From: the human T2T-CHM13v2.0 reference genome, Homo sapiens
DNA: 64,000 nucleotides
Assembly (NCBI RefSeq): GCF_009914755.1
Contig: NC_060927.1
Reading direction: 5' to 3' (one strand)
This document shows, in pieces, positions 17,561 to 32,790 of this stretch. The stretch's first letter is position 1; the number at the start of each line of letters is the position of its first letter. The notes beneath the pieces are model-generated. The model searched no databases, had not been told where the DNA came from, and saw only the letters and a list, made by a program, of their open reading frames with translations. A program made the translations under genes and the position numbers.

Positions 17561-17688
17561 AGCTGAGCATGGTAACATGTGCCTATAGTCCTAGCTACTT
17601 GAAAGGCTGAGGTGGAAGGATCACTTGAGACCAGGAGTTCGAGACCAACCTGGGCAACATAATGGGACCCAGCATATCTTTTTAAAAA
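17561..17688 (+). mobile_element. Alu monomer (FLAM-like)
   Basis: Single ~130-bp arm ending 'ggcaacataatgggaccc'; degenerate flanking repeats. Confidence 0.8.
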
Positions 17689-18849
17689 GTGCAACTCAAG
17701 GTATCTCAACATACTTGAAGAGTAGGAAGGCAAGAGGAGACAATATTTTTATAAGAACATAATTAGGAATAATTTAAATAGCCAAACATGGTATGATGTA
17801 TTACTTGGTAGAAAGTGATGGCAACAAATTTTAGTGCAATGGGTAAAATGAAGGTAAAAAAAAATTAATGTATCTGAATAGAGCATATCGTTATTCAGAA
17901 ATACATTGACATTAACATTGGCATAGTGATAGCCAGGATGACTGAATGAGCCCAATGCCTCCCAACCACAGATCCATGGATAAAAGATACAGAAAGTAAG
18001 ACCAGAATCATGAGAAATTTAAAGGGGGAACTAAAAATAGCTCAGGAGTTGTAAAAGTGTTCAGAACAAATCACAAATAAATAGAAAAAAAACAATTTTG
18101 TTATCAAAGATAGACTTTTTAAAGCTGGGGTGCGTGCTTACCATATTACCCATGAATATTGTCAGTAGCCATTACTTTACATGTCTCTCTAAAGCAGCAT
18201 TGAAAAAGCTGTTCTGAGTCAGAACATTTAGCAATAAATGTTCTCTCTGACAGCAGTGCCAAGGGACATCTTGTTGATGGATATAATCAATCACAAAGTC
18301 CTCTATTCCCACGGTCATGCTTCATCCAATCACTAAATATTATCTGTACTTTTGCTATGTGCAAGACACTGTTCTAATTTTAGTACACCATAAGAATGAA
18401 TCATAGCATCTGCTCTTAGGAACAATCTACTCCAGAGGACATATAGATACCTCTATTATAGGAGCAGAAGAAGTATGTGCCACCCAAATTTCTTTCAGGA
18501 GTTCGTAGAGGAAAGATTACAAAATATTCTAACCCAGTGCCTTATATACGATCAATATTTGTCAAATTGGTTAATGAATTTATGAATCCAGTAATTTTCC
18601 TGAGCTCCATATAAATCTATTTGAGATTTTCATCCTGTATTATGTTTGTGGCACAAGATTTAGAGTTACCTCTCTATATAATATGTGTGTATATATGTGA
18701 ATAAAATGACATCATTCAAGATTCTGTGAATAACATCTTTTTTATGAATCTTGGTCTATTACTAAATGTGTACACATGATTTTATGCACTTTGATTATAT
18801 ACATCTTTAGCTTTAATTACTCAGAATTTTACATTTCATAATTTCCCAT

Positions 18850-19720
18850 ATTCTCTTCAAAAATCTTTCTATCTCCTGGTTGCCCTCCCATCCTACTGGC
18901 TTCAGTTTCTCAGTCTCCTTTGTGGCCTGTGTTTCTTCACTATCTTCCTTATAATTTGGTCTTGCCAGGTTTCTGTCCTGAGCCTCTATTGTGTTCACTA
19001 TGCATTTTTCTCTAAGTGACAACATTTGGTCTCGTGGTTTCAATGACCCACTAGTCTCACACTATTACCACATCTAATCCCCTAGCTTAGATATATCTTT
19101 TAAGCAGAGACTCAAACACTCAACTCTATACTGAAAAGCGACATCTAGATGACGTGACTCAACTCTGTACTGAAAAGCGACATCTGGATGATGTGACACA
19201 CAGGGATCTGAAACTGAACAAGTCCTATTAATTCTATCACCTAAATATTTCCATAAGCCACACATCCTGCTCATTGCTACACCTTTAGTTGAGTCCCTTA
19301 TTAGTTCTCAGAAACATTAATTCAACATCACTTCTCTGACTTTTCTATCTCATGCTTGCTCCCCTACCAGCACACCAGGATATATTTGCCACACCACTGA
19401 CAGACTGATCTTTAGAAAGCTAATCTTATTTTGTTACTTCCCAATTAAAAATACTTTAGTGATATTACATAAATTTTAAAATAATTAGCATGGTATATGC
19501 CAACATTGATGACCTGGCCAACAACCACCTTTCTACTTTTACCATTGATCATTCCTATTATTCTCTATAAACCAACTAATAGTAAATTTGCAGGCTTTCA
19601 AGATGTCCTCTCTTCATTCTGTGCCATTAGAAATGTTTCTTTCTCTGCCCTTTCTCTCTCCTTTATCTGGTTAACACCAACTCAAGCATTTCTCCTAATA
19701 CATTTCTCCTAATACATCTT
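18850..19720 (+). mobile_element. L2 internal fragment
   Basis: L2-like 'ttctcagtctcctttgtggc','tctgtcctgagcctct','ggtttcaatgaccca'. Confidence 0.6.
19118..19195. repeat. 39-bp tandem duplication (2 copies, 3 mismatches)
   Basis: actcaactct(a/g)tactgaaaagcgacatct(a/g)gatga(c/t)gtg at 19118 and 19157. Confidence 0.95.
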
Positions 19721-19899
19721 CAAAAAGCAGTCTTTAATCATTAAAAATTTTTATATATTGCACCAAATATATTAGGCAGGTTGCAATCTTTGATGTAGGT
19801 ATGAGTGCTTCTCTAAGATCATTTTAAGAGTTTAAAGTCTTTTTCTTTCTACTAGGAAATCTGAATGAAAAGATAATACAGACTAAAATTGTCATAGCT

Positions 19900-20095
19900 G
19901 TCTATATTGATGGTTAAGAGTTACTGATCTAAAGACCTAAGTTTGAATCCTGTCTCTCTCAAGTACCAGTTTGGTAACCTCAGGAAAACATTTATTTTAA
20001 TCTCTCAGTTTTCTACTATCTAAAGTGGTTGTAGTTAACTGCTTCACAGGGTTTTTATGATACTAAATAAAATGTCATATATGAAGCATTTACAC
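19900..20095 (+). mobile_element. MIR
   Basis: 'tggttaagag...gtttgaatcctg...tctcagttttct...cacagggttt'. Confidence 0.6.
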
Positions 20096-20169
20096 GAATA
20101 TAATTATCCCAGAAAAGCCCTACACATCATCTACTATATACATTATATAATCTTTTATATTTAAAAGTG

Positions 20170-20390
20170 TATATCTGATATATTTATGAACAAAATGATA
20201 CGGTGTCTGGGAATTGCTTCAAAACAATCCGGTGAAGAGAATAATCAAAGATGTGGAGGTATAGAGGAAACATGATTGTTTCTGAGTTGCTAACTCTAAA
20301 GCTTGTTAGTGGTATGAGGAGGGTCCATTACACTAACCTCTCTGCAAGAGTATGTGTTTGAAATTTTTTAGAATAGAAGTACTTTTAAAA
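20170..20390 (+). mobile_element. L1ME-type 3' end
   Basis: 'aatgatacggtgtctgggaattgcttcaaaacaatcc...atgtgtttgaaattttt'. Confidence 0.6.
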
Positions 20391-20779
20391 GTATGAAGAT
20401 TTGCGGTTTCTTTTATTAGAGTCAGATGAAGTGTTGGCTTGCATGTAGAGATCTCATCATATAAAAAGTATGTATCTTTGACTAAAATCACCCTCTGTAA
20501 AATGAGAAGCTATGCTTTGAGAGGTATGAGAGAACTGATATGATTTAGGGAACAGAAAATTCAGAACTCCAATCTCATGCTTAGTCCAAGGACATGCACC
20601 ACAATGTGCTCTGGCTAGCAGATATACCCAGAATACTTAAATTCTCTCTCTCTCTCTCTCCACGCACCCGCCCTCCCACCGGCTTCCTCCCCTCTCTCTC
20701 TCCCACCCCCAGAATAAACTGTTACATTCATTTAATATAAACGCATGTATAATATCACATCAACATATACGGTTTTATA

Positions 20780-21322
20780 TTTTTTTCTTTCAACTTTTAT
20801 TTTGGTTATGGGGGTACACGTGCAGGTTTGTTACATTGATTCATCCTATCCATGAGCATAAAATGTTTTTCCATTTGCTGTGTCATCTCTGATTTTTTCA
20901 GCAGTGTTTTGTAATTCTGGTTGTAGACATCTTTCACTTCCATAGTTAGTTGTATTCCTAAGTATTTTAGTCTTTTTATGGTTATTGATGTGCCTCTCAG
21001 CTTGAACATTATTGGTGCACAGAAAGGCTACTGATTTTTGCATATTGACTTTGTATCTTGAAACTTTACTGAAATTGTTTATCAGTTCTAGGAGCCTTTA
21101 GACAGAAATTATGGGTTTTTCTACTTATCAAATCATATTGTCTGTGAAGAGAGATAGTTTGATTTTCTTTCTTCCTATTTAGATGCCTATTATTTCTTTC
21201 TCTTGCCTTATTGCTCTGGCTAGGACTTCCAGAATGTGTTGAATAGGAGTGGTGAGAGTGGGCATCCTTGTCTTGTTCCAATTCTCAAAAACAAGGCTTC
21301 CAGATTTTGCTCATTCAATATG
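20780..21322 (-). mobile_element. L1P (older L1PA/L1PB) with large internal deletion
   Basis: About 55 nt of L1 terminus joined at ~20836 directly to ORF2 (KYLGIQLT region); degenerate TSD at 20760-20779 and 21323-21342. Confidence 0.85.
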
Positions 21323-21450
21323 TCAGCATACATAGTTTTAGATAGCAGAATTGTATTGTATTCTCATTGGATTTGCAAGTGCCCTAAATTTATACATTGT
21401 GGACCCTTAAGTAATTAATATAGAATTCACGTACATATTATAATAATTAA

Positions 21451-21758
21451 GGCCGGGTGCGGTGGCTCACGCCTGTAATCCCAACACTTTGGGAGGCCAA
21501 GGTGGGTGGATCACGAGGTCAGGAGATCAAGACCATCCTGGCTAACACGGTGAAACCCCGTCTCTACTAAAAATACAAAAAAATTAGCCGGGCGTGGTGG
21601 TGGGTGCCTGTAGTCCCAGCTACTCAGGAAACTGAGGCAGGAGAATGGCATGAACCCGGGAGGCAGAGCTTGCAGTGAGCCGAGATCACGCCACTGCACT
21701 CCAGCCTGGGCGACAGAGCAAGACTCAGTCTCAAAAAAAATAGATAAATAAAATAAAA
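21451..21758 (+). mobile_element. AluY
   Basis: 'accatcctggctaacacgg','gagcttgcag'; (AAAT)-type tail. Confidence 0.95.
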
Positions 21759-21839
21759 TAATGATTAAAGAGTACCTTTCTAACAATAAATATGTAAGTA
21801 GTGTTATATAAAAGAAGAAGAATTTAATTGGGTGTCAGT

Positions 21840-22025
21840 ACACTAGGATTTTAAGCTTGGTTTCAAATTCTCCTACCTGCATAACTATGACTACATAACT
21901 CAAACTCTCTGAGCCTCAGTTTCTTCAACTGTCAAGTGGATACCTTAATTTAAATGTTGCTTTGAGGAGTAAATGCAAGAGAGTGGGAAGAAATATTTTG
22001 TGTACTTACAATGTGCTAAGTATTT
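21840..22025 (+). mobile_element. MIR
   Basis: 'actctctgagcctcagtttcttcaactgtcaagtgg' MIR core. Confidence 0.65.
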
Positions 22026-22052
22026 TAACATTGAAAAAAAATTAAGCCTTCA

Positions 22053-22439
<387 letters not shown>

Positions 22440-22749
22440 TCAGGGAGATTAAATAATGAGATAACATGGGTATACACAGTGAGCAAATAGTACATAGTAG
22501 ATGCGTACTAAAGACTTGTTCTTGTCATATTATCCCAGTTCTCTGTTTATAATTTGTATTCAAAACTGCTTTAGAGTAAATTAATTTTAACAGCCAAACC
22601 TAAAGAATTTTATGACAGGTCTTTCATCAGATAATATTCTTCTGATGCTTTTTGGTTTTTGTAGATTCTCTTCTTTCAGTGGTTTCTAATATTACATTGT
22701 GACAAAACTATGAACTGACCACATAAAAAGTTAAATTCTTATTCCCAAC

Positions 22750-23318
22750 AAAAAGTAGATCTACCATTTGATTCAGCAATCCCACTACTGGGTATCTACC
22801 CAAAGGACAAGAAGTCTTTATATAAAAAAGACACATGCACACGTATGTTTATTGTAGTGCAATTCACAATTGCAAAGATATAGAAGCTACCTAAGTGTCC
22901 ATTGACAAATAAATGGATTTTTAAAATGTGGTATATGTACAACATAGAATATTACTCAGCCATAAAAAGGAATGATACAATTTCTTTTGCAGCAACTTGG
23001 ATGGAGCTGAAGGCCATTATTCTAAGCGAAGTAACTCAGGAATAGAAAACCAAATACTGTATGTTCTCACTTATAAGTGGGAGCTAAGCCATGAATACAC
23101 AAAGGCATACAGTGTGATACAATGGACTTTGGAAACTCAAAAGGGGGAAATTGGGAGGGAGATGGGGATTAAAAAAACTATATATTGGGTACAACATACA
23201 CTATTCGGGTAACTGGTGCACTATAATCTCAGAATTCACCGTTATATAATTCATTCATGTAACCACAGACCACTTGTACCCCAAAAGCTACTGAAATATG
23301 AAACTACATTTTAAAAAT
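22750..23318 (+). mobile_element. L1 3' end (L1PB4/L1MA1-2-like), 5'-truncated
   Basis: 'aaagtagatctaccatttgattcagcaatccc...ccacttgtaccccaaaagcta'; TSD aaagttaaattct at about 22727 and 23319. Confidence 0.9.
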
Positions 23319-24217
23319 AAAGTTAAATTCTCATAGGAAAATTTAAATATAGATTTTACAATTATATATAATAAAAGTGAATATTGGAGATAAGTAGGAA
23401 AACTAATATATATGATTGACAATATTATTTGTAAAATAAATAAGTTAAGGAATAAATGCTTTACTGAATATACAAATAAACAGTCTGTGATGTCGCTGTG
23501 TCTTGAGAGTTAACACCTTTATTAAAAATAAATGGCTTATTTTCTAGAGTCAAACTTCTTTTTAAAGAAAAAAGTTTATGATTCATATAGTCTGCTTTGG
23601 TAAAATTTAGGAGGTCTTCATGCTTGGGAATTTTAGTTGGAAATGGGACATGAATTTTTTTGAGTGAAGTATCCATTGGAATGTGACAATTCACATTTAA
23701 TATCTCTATTTACTTACATTTGATGGCCCAATTCATGTAGAGTCTGGTCTTTATTGGGAGTTCTGGAGATTTTGGCTTTAAGAATGACTTTGTTTGCAAA
23801 CTGGAAGTCATATTATACAGGCCAAAATAAATGAAATTACTCCCCAGGACTTTTGGAAATTGCTAAAAATTTAAGGATGCTTTTCTTTGTGTTTATGAAA
23901 TCATGAACATGAAAATGGTAAAAATAAAATTTTACATACTTTAGATTTTTCAAAAGGTTTTTCTGTTTTACTTTGCTCAATCTTGGAACTTTAAACTTTT
24001 AAAGAACTTACACATATACACCATAACAAGGAATAATACATAAATAAGGATAAATATGTTCAGTAGAGGTTCATGTTTACATGAACATTTCCTAGATCAT
24101 TTTTGACCTCATTTTCTTCTACTGACTTCATACATGGATTCCTTTGAATACAAATTCCTCCTGTTTGTTCAGTTATCAATCTGCTCTCACCAGTGTATAT
24201 CCTCTGCTAACCTCTCT

Positions 24218-24509
24218 TTTTTTTTTTTGAGACGAAGTCTCACTCTGTCGCCTAGGCTGGAGAACAGTGGTGCGATCTTTGCTCACTGCAACCTTCACCT
24301 CCCACGTTCAAGCAATTCCCTGCCTCAGCCTCCCGAGTAGCTGGGATTACAGGCACCCCAGCCACTGCACCTGGCTAATTTTTGTATTTTTAGTAGAGAT
24401 GGAGTTTCACCATGTTGGCCAGGCTGGTCTTGAACTCCTGACCTCGTGATCCACCCGCCTCGGCCTCCAAAAACGCTAGGATTACAGGCATGAGCCACCA
24501 TGCCCAGCC
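24218..24509 (-). mobile_element. AluS (Sg-like)
   Basis: Perfect 19-bp TSD atcctctgctaacctctct at 24199-24217 and 24510-24528. Confidence 0.95.
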
Positions 24510-25429
24510 ATCCTCTGCTAACCTCTCTATGTCCCTTGACTCAAGCATTGATGCAAGTTATTCTACTTCATCAGGCAAATCATCTCAAATGAATTTTTGC
24601 AAAAGATTTAGGGGGAAAATGACCTTAAAACTGAATATCAGACATCACTTCTAAATTTTCTTAACTATGAATCTTAGTTTGTAGTTTAAAAAATATGAAC
24701 ACAATGATGAGTGAGTAAACGCAATGAGAGAGAAAAGGATATATGAAATGAAAGCTGTGAGAGCTCTGACTTCGTTAGGGAAAGGGGCAATGTAATTTAA
24801 AGATACAATATAAATAATATTACAGATTATCAATGTGCTATTTATCCATAAATTATATGTTTCTTATTCCTCCCATGCCCTAAGTCTAGTCTTTTCTATA
24901 ATGCTAATAATAGGGTTGCACTATTACATAACATTTAGGATAAAGACAAAATGTAATTACTTGTTATCCTATTCCACTAGTCCTCTTCCTTTTCTTCTTC
25001 TTCCTCCTTTTTCTTATCCTCCTTTTATTTCCAAAACAGTTCAATTCTAAAGCCATTCTATGTCGCTGATAAAGACAGGTGCCTGCAGAGGTCAAGGGAG
25101 GAGTTCCCTGAAGAAAAGTATTCTGGTGCTTATGTAGAGGAAGGATAAGGGGAAGATCCTTCTGTGAGAAGAGCCAAGCATAAGGTATCATAACCCAAGA
25201 ATGTGAAAGATGGTTCCACATTGAAAAACAGCCTGGGATGAGAGTTCTATCAAGGTGAAGAAGGCAGCTTTTAAGATGTATTATTATTTATAGAAATTTA
25301 CAGGATACAAGTCCAATTTTGTTATCTGCATAGTGGTCAAGTCAGGGAAGTTTTTTTAAATGCAAAGCACAATAATTATTGACTACATTTGAAAAATGTT
25401 CGATCCTCTACAATATGTTCTTCAAAATT

Positions 25430-26660
25430 GTGAAGAGAATTTTTATCCAGAATATAGAAAGCACCTCTTACTACTTAATAAAAAGAAGATAAACCCAAAT
25501 TAGCAATAAGAAAAAAAGTGAACAGCTCCTTCACCAAAAAACATATGTGGATAGTAAATGAGCACATGCAAAGATGCTCAGCATGATTGTCAATAAGAAA
25601 ATACATATTAAAACCACAATGAGATACCGCTCACTACACACTCACCAGAAAGGTGAAAATTTCAAAGACTGATCATATTCAAGTATCATTGAGGATGTGG
25701 AGCATTCAAAACTCTTATATACTTCTGATGGGAATGAAAAATGGACAGTTACTTTGGAAATGAGTTTGGCAGATTTTAAAAGTTAATAGGACTCAGTCAT
25801 TTCACTCCTAGGTATTCACCCAAGAAAAATGGAAGGATATGTCTATAAAAAGACTTGTACACAAATGTTCATAGAGGCTTTATTTGCAATAGGCTAAAAC
25901 TGGCAACAACTTGAATATCCATCAGCAAGTGGATTGATTAGTAATAGTATAGGCATATAATGGAGTATTGTTTAACAGTAAAAATAATGAACTATTAATA
26001 TATGCAAGAAAATGGATACAAAATTATTATGGTGAGTGAAAGATACTAGATACAAAAAATAAACATATGTATAATCCCATTCATATGAAATTCTAGAAAA
26101 TACAAACTAATATCACAGGATGCAATGAGAACACAGAATCACTTCAGTGATGTTTCTACTAGAGATGCATAGTCTGAATCCAATCATGAGAAACTACCAA
26201 ACCCAAATGTAGAAAAATTCTATAAAACAATGGCCTGTAATCTTCAAAAGTTCCATGAAAAGCCAAGGAACTGTTCAAAGAATATAAAGAAACATGATAA
26301 TTAAATGCAAAGACAGACATTCTACTGGATATGTTTGCTATAAAGGCATTCTTGGGACAATTAGGAAGTTGAATGGGATGTGAGGATTAGATTAGACTGA
26401 AATAATTGTTCAGTCTTTATTGGAACTATTGATAATACTTGAATGACATCTGATTCAGTGGTAGTAAGGTATCAAAATATATTGCATGATTTTATTTATG
26501 TCATAGATATATTTAAAGACTAGCCCAGTTTGAAGAAAATGCTAAAATATCAGGGGAAGGATAGGGCATCAGGTTGGCAACTTGCTCTCAAATGCCGTAG
26601 GAAAAATGAAATTGTTCTTTGTAATATAATGGCTAATTTTTTCTAAATCTGAATTGATAG
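25430..26660 (+). mobile_element. Old L1M (L1ME/L1MC) 3' region fragments
   Basis: 'aaaaccacaatgagatacc','cactcctaggtattcacccaag','acaaatgttcatag' followed by L1MC-type 3' UTR. Confidence 0.75.
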
Positions 26661-26837
26661 ATATTATTATTGTTTATGTCAGCCCATCCCAATCATTTTA
26701 ATCCTATACAGTATTCAGAGTCCTTTTATATAATGTTTTAGATTCCTTTAATAAAAATTTCAGAATTTTGCCCTACTGCCCCTACTTGCTCCTCTTTAAG
26801 ATTGTATCTAAATGTGTAGAAGTAGGAAGGCTTAGGT

Positions 26838-26922
26838 AGGGCAACCACCAAATTAATAATTATATGTAGACAACAGACACAACTCAGGGCCATCCTGGGA
26901 AAACCAGGAGGGATGGTCAATT
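26838..26922. mobile_element. hAT-Blackjack MITE fragment (MER94-like)
   Basis: 'attaataattatatgtagacaacagacacaactcagggccatcctgggaaaaccaggagggatggtca'. Confidence 0.4.
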
Positions 26923-27635
26923 TAGACTTGTAATGTTGGGAATTAGACATTCTCAGTTTCATTCCAGATCCTCGGCATCTTTTGTACTCAACGTCAATGA
27001 CACTCTTGTGCTGCTTGCCCTGTTGGCAGTAACAACCTGGGCAATCCATGATCTGATCTCTCTTGAGTCCTGTCGGGTTCTTGTTGTTTCACCTCTACTT
27101 GGCACCTGCCCTACTTTGGTCTTAACAGGTACTAAAGAAATCTCTGAGATCTGCTTGGCTGCAATCTCTCATTTGGACCAGACCCACAAGATGTCTTTTA
27201 GAAACTCTGCAGCTCTGTCAAGCTTCCCAGCCAGAAGTCCTACAACCTAGGAGTCCTGCCTGTGCCATAAGCAAACATGGCGTGGCTCCAGAAAGCGAAA
27301 TGCTGGGCCTCTCTCTCTCTTTTCTTTTTCTCCTAACATCTCTGGACCTCTTTGTTACATTATCTAACACATATTCTCTTTTTTTGGACTTCAACCTCGT
27401 GGCTAAAACTTAATATCATATGTGGGTACCTTCTCAGAGTTAAGGGAGAAGATCTAAAATCTGATTATTAGACATGACCCATGATATTGTTAAATATGAA
27501 CGAAAGGAATTTGGAAATTACTTCCTATCTCTAAAAAGACCTATCTTTTAAGCCTTTTGTAATGCTGCAAAATCCCATTTTAAATGCCAGATGTTGAATG
27601 TTAGCCCTTGGTTTCTTATGACAATCTTTCTGTAA

Positions 27636-28030
<395 letters not shown>

Positions 28031-29132
28031 GAATACAATATTTTTCTAATGTTACATAATACATTTACATTAAATGCTAAAGTCTTGTTTCACGTAAATA
28101 TTGCAAGTCCAGTAACTTTTCTTAAATTTCTGAGGATCCTCGAGGTATTTGAGGGGTAGATACAAGCTTTTGATACTCATCTCATGCCACTGAGTACACA
28201 CTTTTGGTACCAGGTTAATTATCCATCTCCTCTTACTCTCTTGGCTTTTAAAAGCTGTTATTTCTCTACAATCCACCTCAACCAGGGGCCCTGAAAATTC
28301 TCCAACATTCTGCACAACATTGCATAAGGTTGTTGTAGGTAATAGACTTTCTGAACTTTCAAAGTGAAAAACTTGAAGTTGAATAAAAGCATACCTGTTT
28401 CTACACTTTCCTGTTCCTGCATATTGTGTCTAGCCATCATTCCTCTCCTTGGGAAATGCTCAGTAACTGTTGGGAAATGCCCAGTCCTTTAAATGTCAAT
28501 CCCAGCATCCAAGAATTCAAAACCTTTTTTAAAATTTAGATGGGATGCTTGTTTATTACTCAAAGCAATTCCTTCCTTTTTCTTTTTGTCTCAAAATCTC
28601 CCAATCATGAAGGCTCTTTGGCCTTCTCTTACATCCCCAAAATGGCTCATTAATTTCTCCTCACCCCCACAAGATGTACAAATCTCTCTCTGGATGAACT
28701 CTGCTGGAGATCTACAATAGAGAAACTCAAAGCTATAATCTAGCCTAGAGACATACTTTGCTGGTCTGCAGAATTTGCTTGTTTTCAATTCCTGTCTCAT
28801 GTATTTTGGAAGCAGATAGTTTATTTTATAGTTTTATGGGTCCAGAGATGAAGAGAAATTTTGTCACAATATGGATCATACTGAATCTCATTCATATCTG
28901 ATTTAAATAATTTAGATGATAATATGTGGGGCTTTTGAGCTAACAAGATTTAGATGAGAGTCTGGACTTGAGCTGATGCTGTAGTAAGTTGACACTTTTG
29001 GGGATGTCAGGATGGGGTGCATGTATTTTCCATGTGGGATGGATATTAGTCTTTGGGGCCTATGGTGGACTATGGTAGGCCAAAAAAGCACCTGTCCCCC
29101 CCCCCAAAAGATATTTATTTAAAATCCTTGGA

Positions 29133-29797
<665 letters not shown>

Positions 29798-30228
29798 AGA
29801 GTCTTTTCACATGTGATTAAGTTAAAGATCATGAAATGAATTGATAAACCTGAATTATCTTGGTGAACTCTAGATCTCATGGCAAGTGTCCTTATCAGAG
29901 AAAGACAGAGGGACATTTGGGGCATACAGAAGAGCAGAATATATAGATACAAAGCAGAGAACATGATGTGAAAGAGACTCAGAGATTGGAGTGATGTGGC
30001 CACAAGCCCAGGAATGCTGGGACAGCCACCAGGAGCTGAAGAGGCAAGGAAAAGATTGTCTCCTAGAACCCCAGGGGAAGAACAGCCCTGGAAATTTCAG
30101 ACTTCTAGCCTCCAGAACTGCAAGATAGTAAATTTCTGTGGTTGAAAGCCACCAAGTTTGTGGTAATTTGTTACAGCGGCCTTAGAATACAAATATAGTG
30201 TCTGTGTGTGTGTGTGTGTATGTGTGTG

Positions 30229-30298
30229 GTTTTATTTATTTATTCAGAAACAGGGTCTGGTTCTGTTGCCAAGGCTGGAGTGCAACGGCACAATCATA
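30229..30298 (-). mobile_element. Alu 3' fragment
   Basis: 'aaacagggtctggttctgttgccaaggctggagtgcaacggcacaatcata'. Confidence 0.8.
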
Positions 30299-30939
30299 AT
30301 GCCTATTCTCCATGGGAGCTGTGCCCAGTCAATTACCAGGAGCTACAATATAGCTAGCTACAGGAGTATAACTTATCAATATTTGCTTTTGCTTTAAAAA
30401 ATAAAGATTCAAATATGAAAGTTGTATACATCAATTTTTATAAAAAGACTGATATAAAAACTAAATATTGGAGGAAACATCATTATAATATTCTTTGAGG
30501 AGAGTGAAAATAATTATTAGAAAATAAATTATCCTGAACTTCATTAGATTATACACAAGATAAAAGCATCTCACATAAAGTATCTCTTAAATACAAACAT
30601 GGTTGCACTTATACAGATAGCCAAAAATTCATTTTCTATGGTGTATCCTAGTGTATTATTAGAGACTTGGGGACATTTGGAGGACATAACAGATTATTCA
30701 TTCATTTATTCTTCGTTCAACTCTCATTCAGTGATTACTAACAAAAGGCACTATTAAAGGCCATGGATTTATATGGTGAGCAAAACTAACAATGTCTCTA
30801 CAACAAGGCACCTATATTCTGGTAGAGGAGTCAGACAAGAAATAGATATATGTAATTATGAAAATGAAGCAGGATGAGCAATGTATAGACAGGGGATACC
30901 ATTTTCAGTCAAGACTTTTAATTACCCTCAATGTCCATT

Positions 30940-31282
30940 TCCCTGAATGTTAGCAGGGAATGGGTAGCAACTGTATTTCTTAGCTTCTTTATAGCTAAGA
31001 TTGGCCATTTCACTGCATCTTAGCCAATAGAACATGAAGAGACATGCTTAATAAAAGTTACTCTTCTTCCTCTTTTCTCCCATGGCCTCCATGGAATGGC
31101 AGAGCCTCCACATAGAATGGATCTGTATCCCTGAGAGATGCTTGAAGAAGGTGCCTCCCTCTCATTGATCACCTGTCTATTTCTCGAATGTTATATGAGA
31201 GAGAGAAAAATGCATTTCTTTTTTGAAACTCTCACTATTGGGTTGCTTTTTAATAATAGCCAAGCCTGTACCTTATCAAATA
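30940..31282 (+). mobile_element. Old MaLR/ERVL LTR fragment (MLT1J-L-like)
   Basis: 'tagctaagattggccat...tagccaatagaa' and an LTR-like 3' end. Confidence 0.4.
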
Positions 31283-31391
31283 AATATTTTAATTAACATG
31301 AGCGTGGAAGGGCTTTCTGAGCAGAGACCAAATGAACTAAGGAGAAAAAAGACTGTGGAGAGGCAGCATGGTACATTAAGAACACAGCATC

Positions 31392-31889
31392 TGTCCTAAT
31401 TTATGTTGCTTCAAAAACAAGTCCTGACATAGGGACAGGTACTTTTATGAAAGGTGATCCCAGGAAGCACAGATGAAAGAGTGAGGAATGAAAGAGAATA
31501 AAAGAGACAAAAGTGTGCCAATAAGTGGGTTACCCCTGAGAGCAACAGGAGCTCCATCCCATTCGGAGCCCTCTGAGAAACTCTGTAGAGCATACCTCAC
31601 AATAGTTCCCCTGGAAGATGAGGGACCAGGGTACTTATCCACCATACCCATCCCCCATACAGAGTTTCCTCTGAGGCATTAAAGATTTGGCAATTCTGAG
31701 CTTCCCTGCATGAGAGCTGAGCAAGCCGCTAAACAATAGCGAGAGAAAGTTCTCAGGCCAACTAGTATAGATATCTAAGTGCCTAAGGTGAGAAGTTATA
31801 AGCATTCTGGAATTTACCACCTCCACTGCAGATAAAATCAGAGGTAGGCCAAAGAACAATGTGGCAGGACATCAATGATGTCTGATACA
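31392..31889 (-). mobile_element. LTR16-like ERVL solo LTR inserted into a MIR (31361-31391, 31890-32100)
   Basis: TG...CA ends; 'aggtgatcccaggaagcac','gggtacttatccacca'; MIR sequence resumes on both sides. Confidence 0.7.
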
Positions 31890-32489
31890 ATATCTGAAGC
31901 CAGACAGCTAAGATTCCTGTGTGAACAAGGACATATTGTTTAACCTCTCTATGTCTGTTTCCTCTACCTGTGAAGTGAAGATAATTATAGTAACCACCTC
32001 CTTATAGGCTTGTTTTATTATATATTAAAAGAGTTATTATGTATAGTAGTTAGAATAGTGCTTATCACATAGTAAGCATTATTTAAATATTAGATTATTA
32101 TCTGAGGTCAGAGCTCAATATATTTATTAAGCCTAAAACCATAATCTGTTTACTGTTGAATCCTCAGTGCTTATCACAACCAGTATCCTCAAACAGCTAC
32201 CCAGAAGAATTGTTTAAGATTGTCCAACGATGAAGTTTACTACGGGGACAGTGATTGAATTTGATTCATGAATGGCCTAAGATATAATTTAAAAGAGTTT
32301 CACCAGCCTATTTTCTTGGGTAAGTAACTTTCTTGGGTAATTTTCACATTTCATAGAAAGCTTAGCTATAAATAAAATTCACAGAGTTTATTGGTAAATA
32401 GAAGAAAATCAAGGACTTAAGCAGCTAGTTTTTAAAGAAGTCATAAGTGCCAAGAGATTGTGCTAGGAGTTACAAATGGTGTCATTTGA

Positions 32490-32790
32490 GGCAGGACATG
32501 GTGGCTCATGTCTATAATCCCAGCTCTTGGAGTCTAAGGTGGGAGGATCGCTTGATGGCAGGAGTTGGAGACCAGCCTGAACAACAGAGTGAGATTCTGT
32601 CTGTATAAAAAAAATTATAAAAATTAACCAGGCACGCTGGTATGCACCTGTAGTCCTACTTACTTGGGAGGCTGAGGCAGGAAGACCACTTGAGCCCAGG
32701 AGTTCGAGGTTACAATGAGCTATGATCACTACGGCACTCCAGCCTGCATGACAGAATGAGACTCTGTCTCTAATACATTAAAATTTTTTT
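32490..32790 (+). mobile_element. AluJ
   Basis: TSD aaatggtgtc(at/cc)ttga at 32474-32489 and 32791-32806. Confidence 0.93.
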
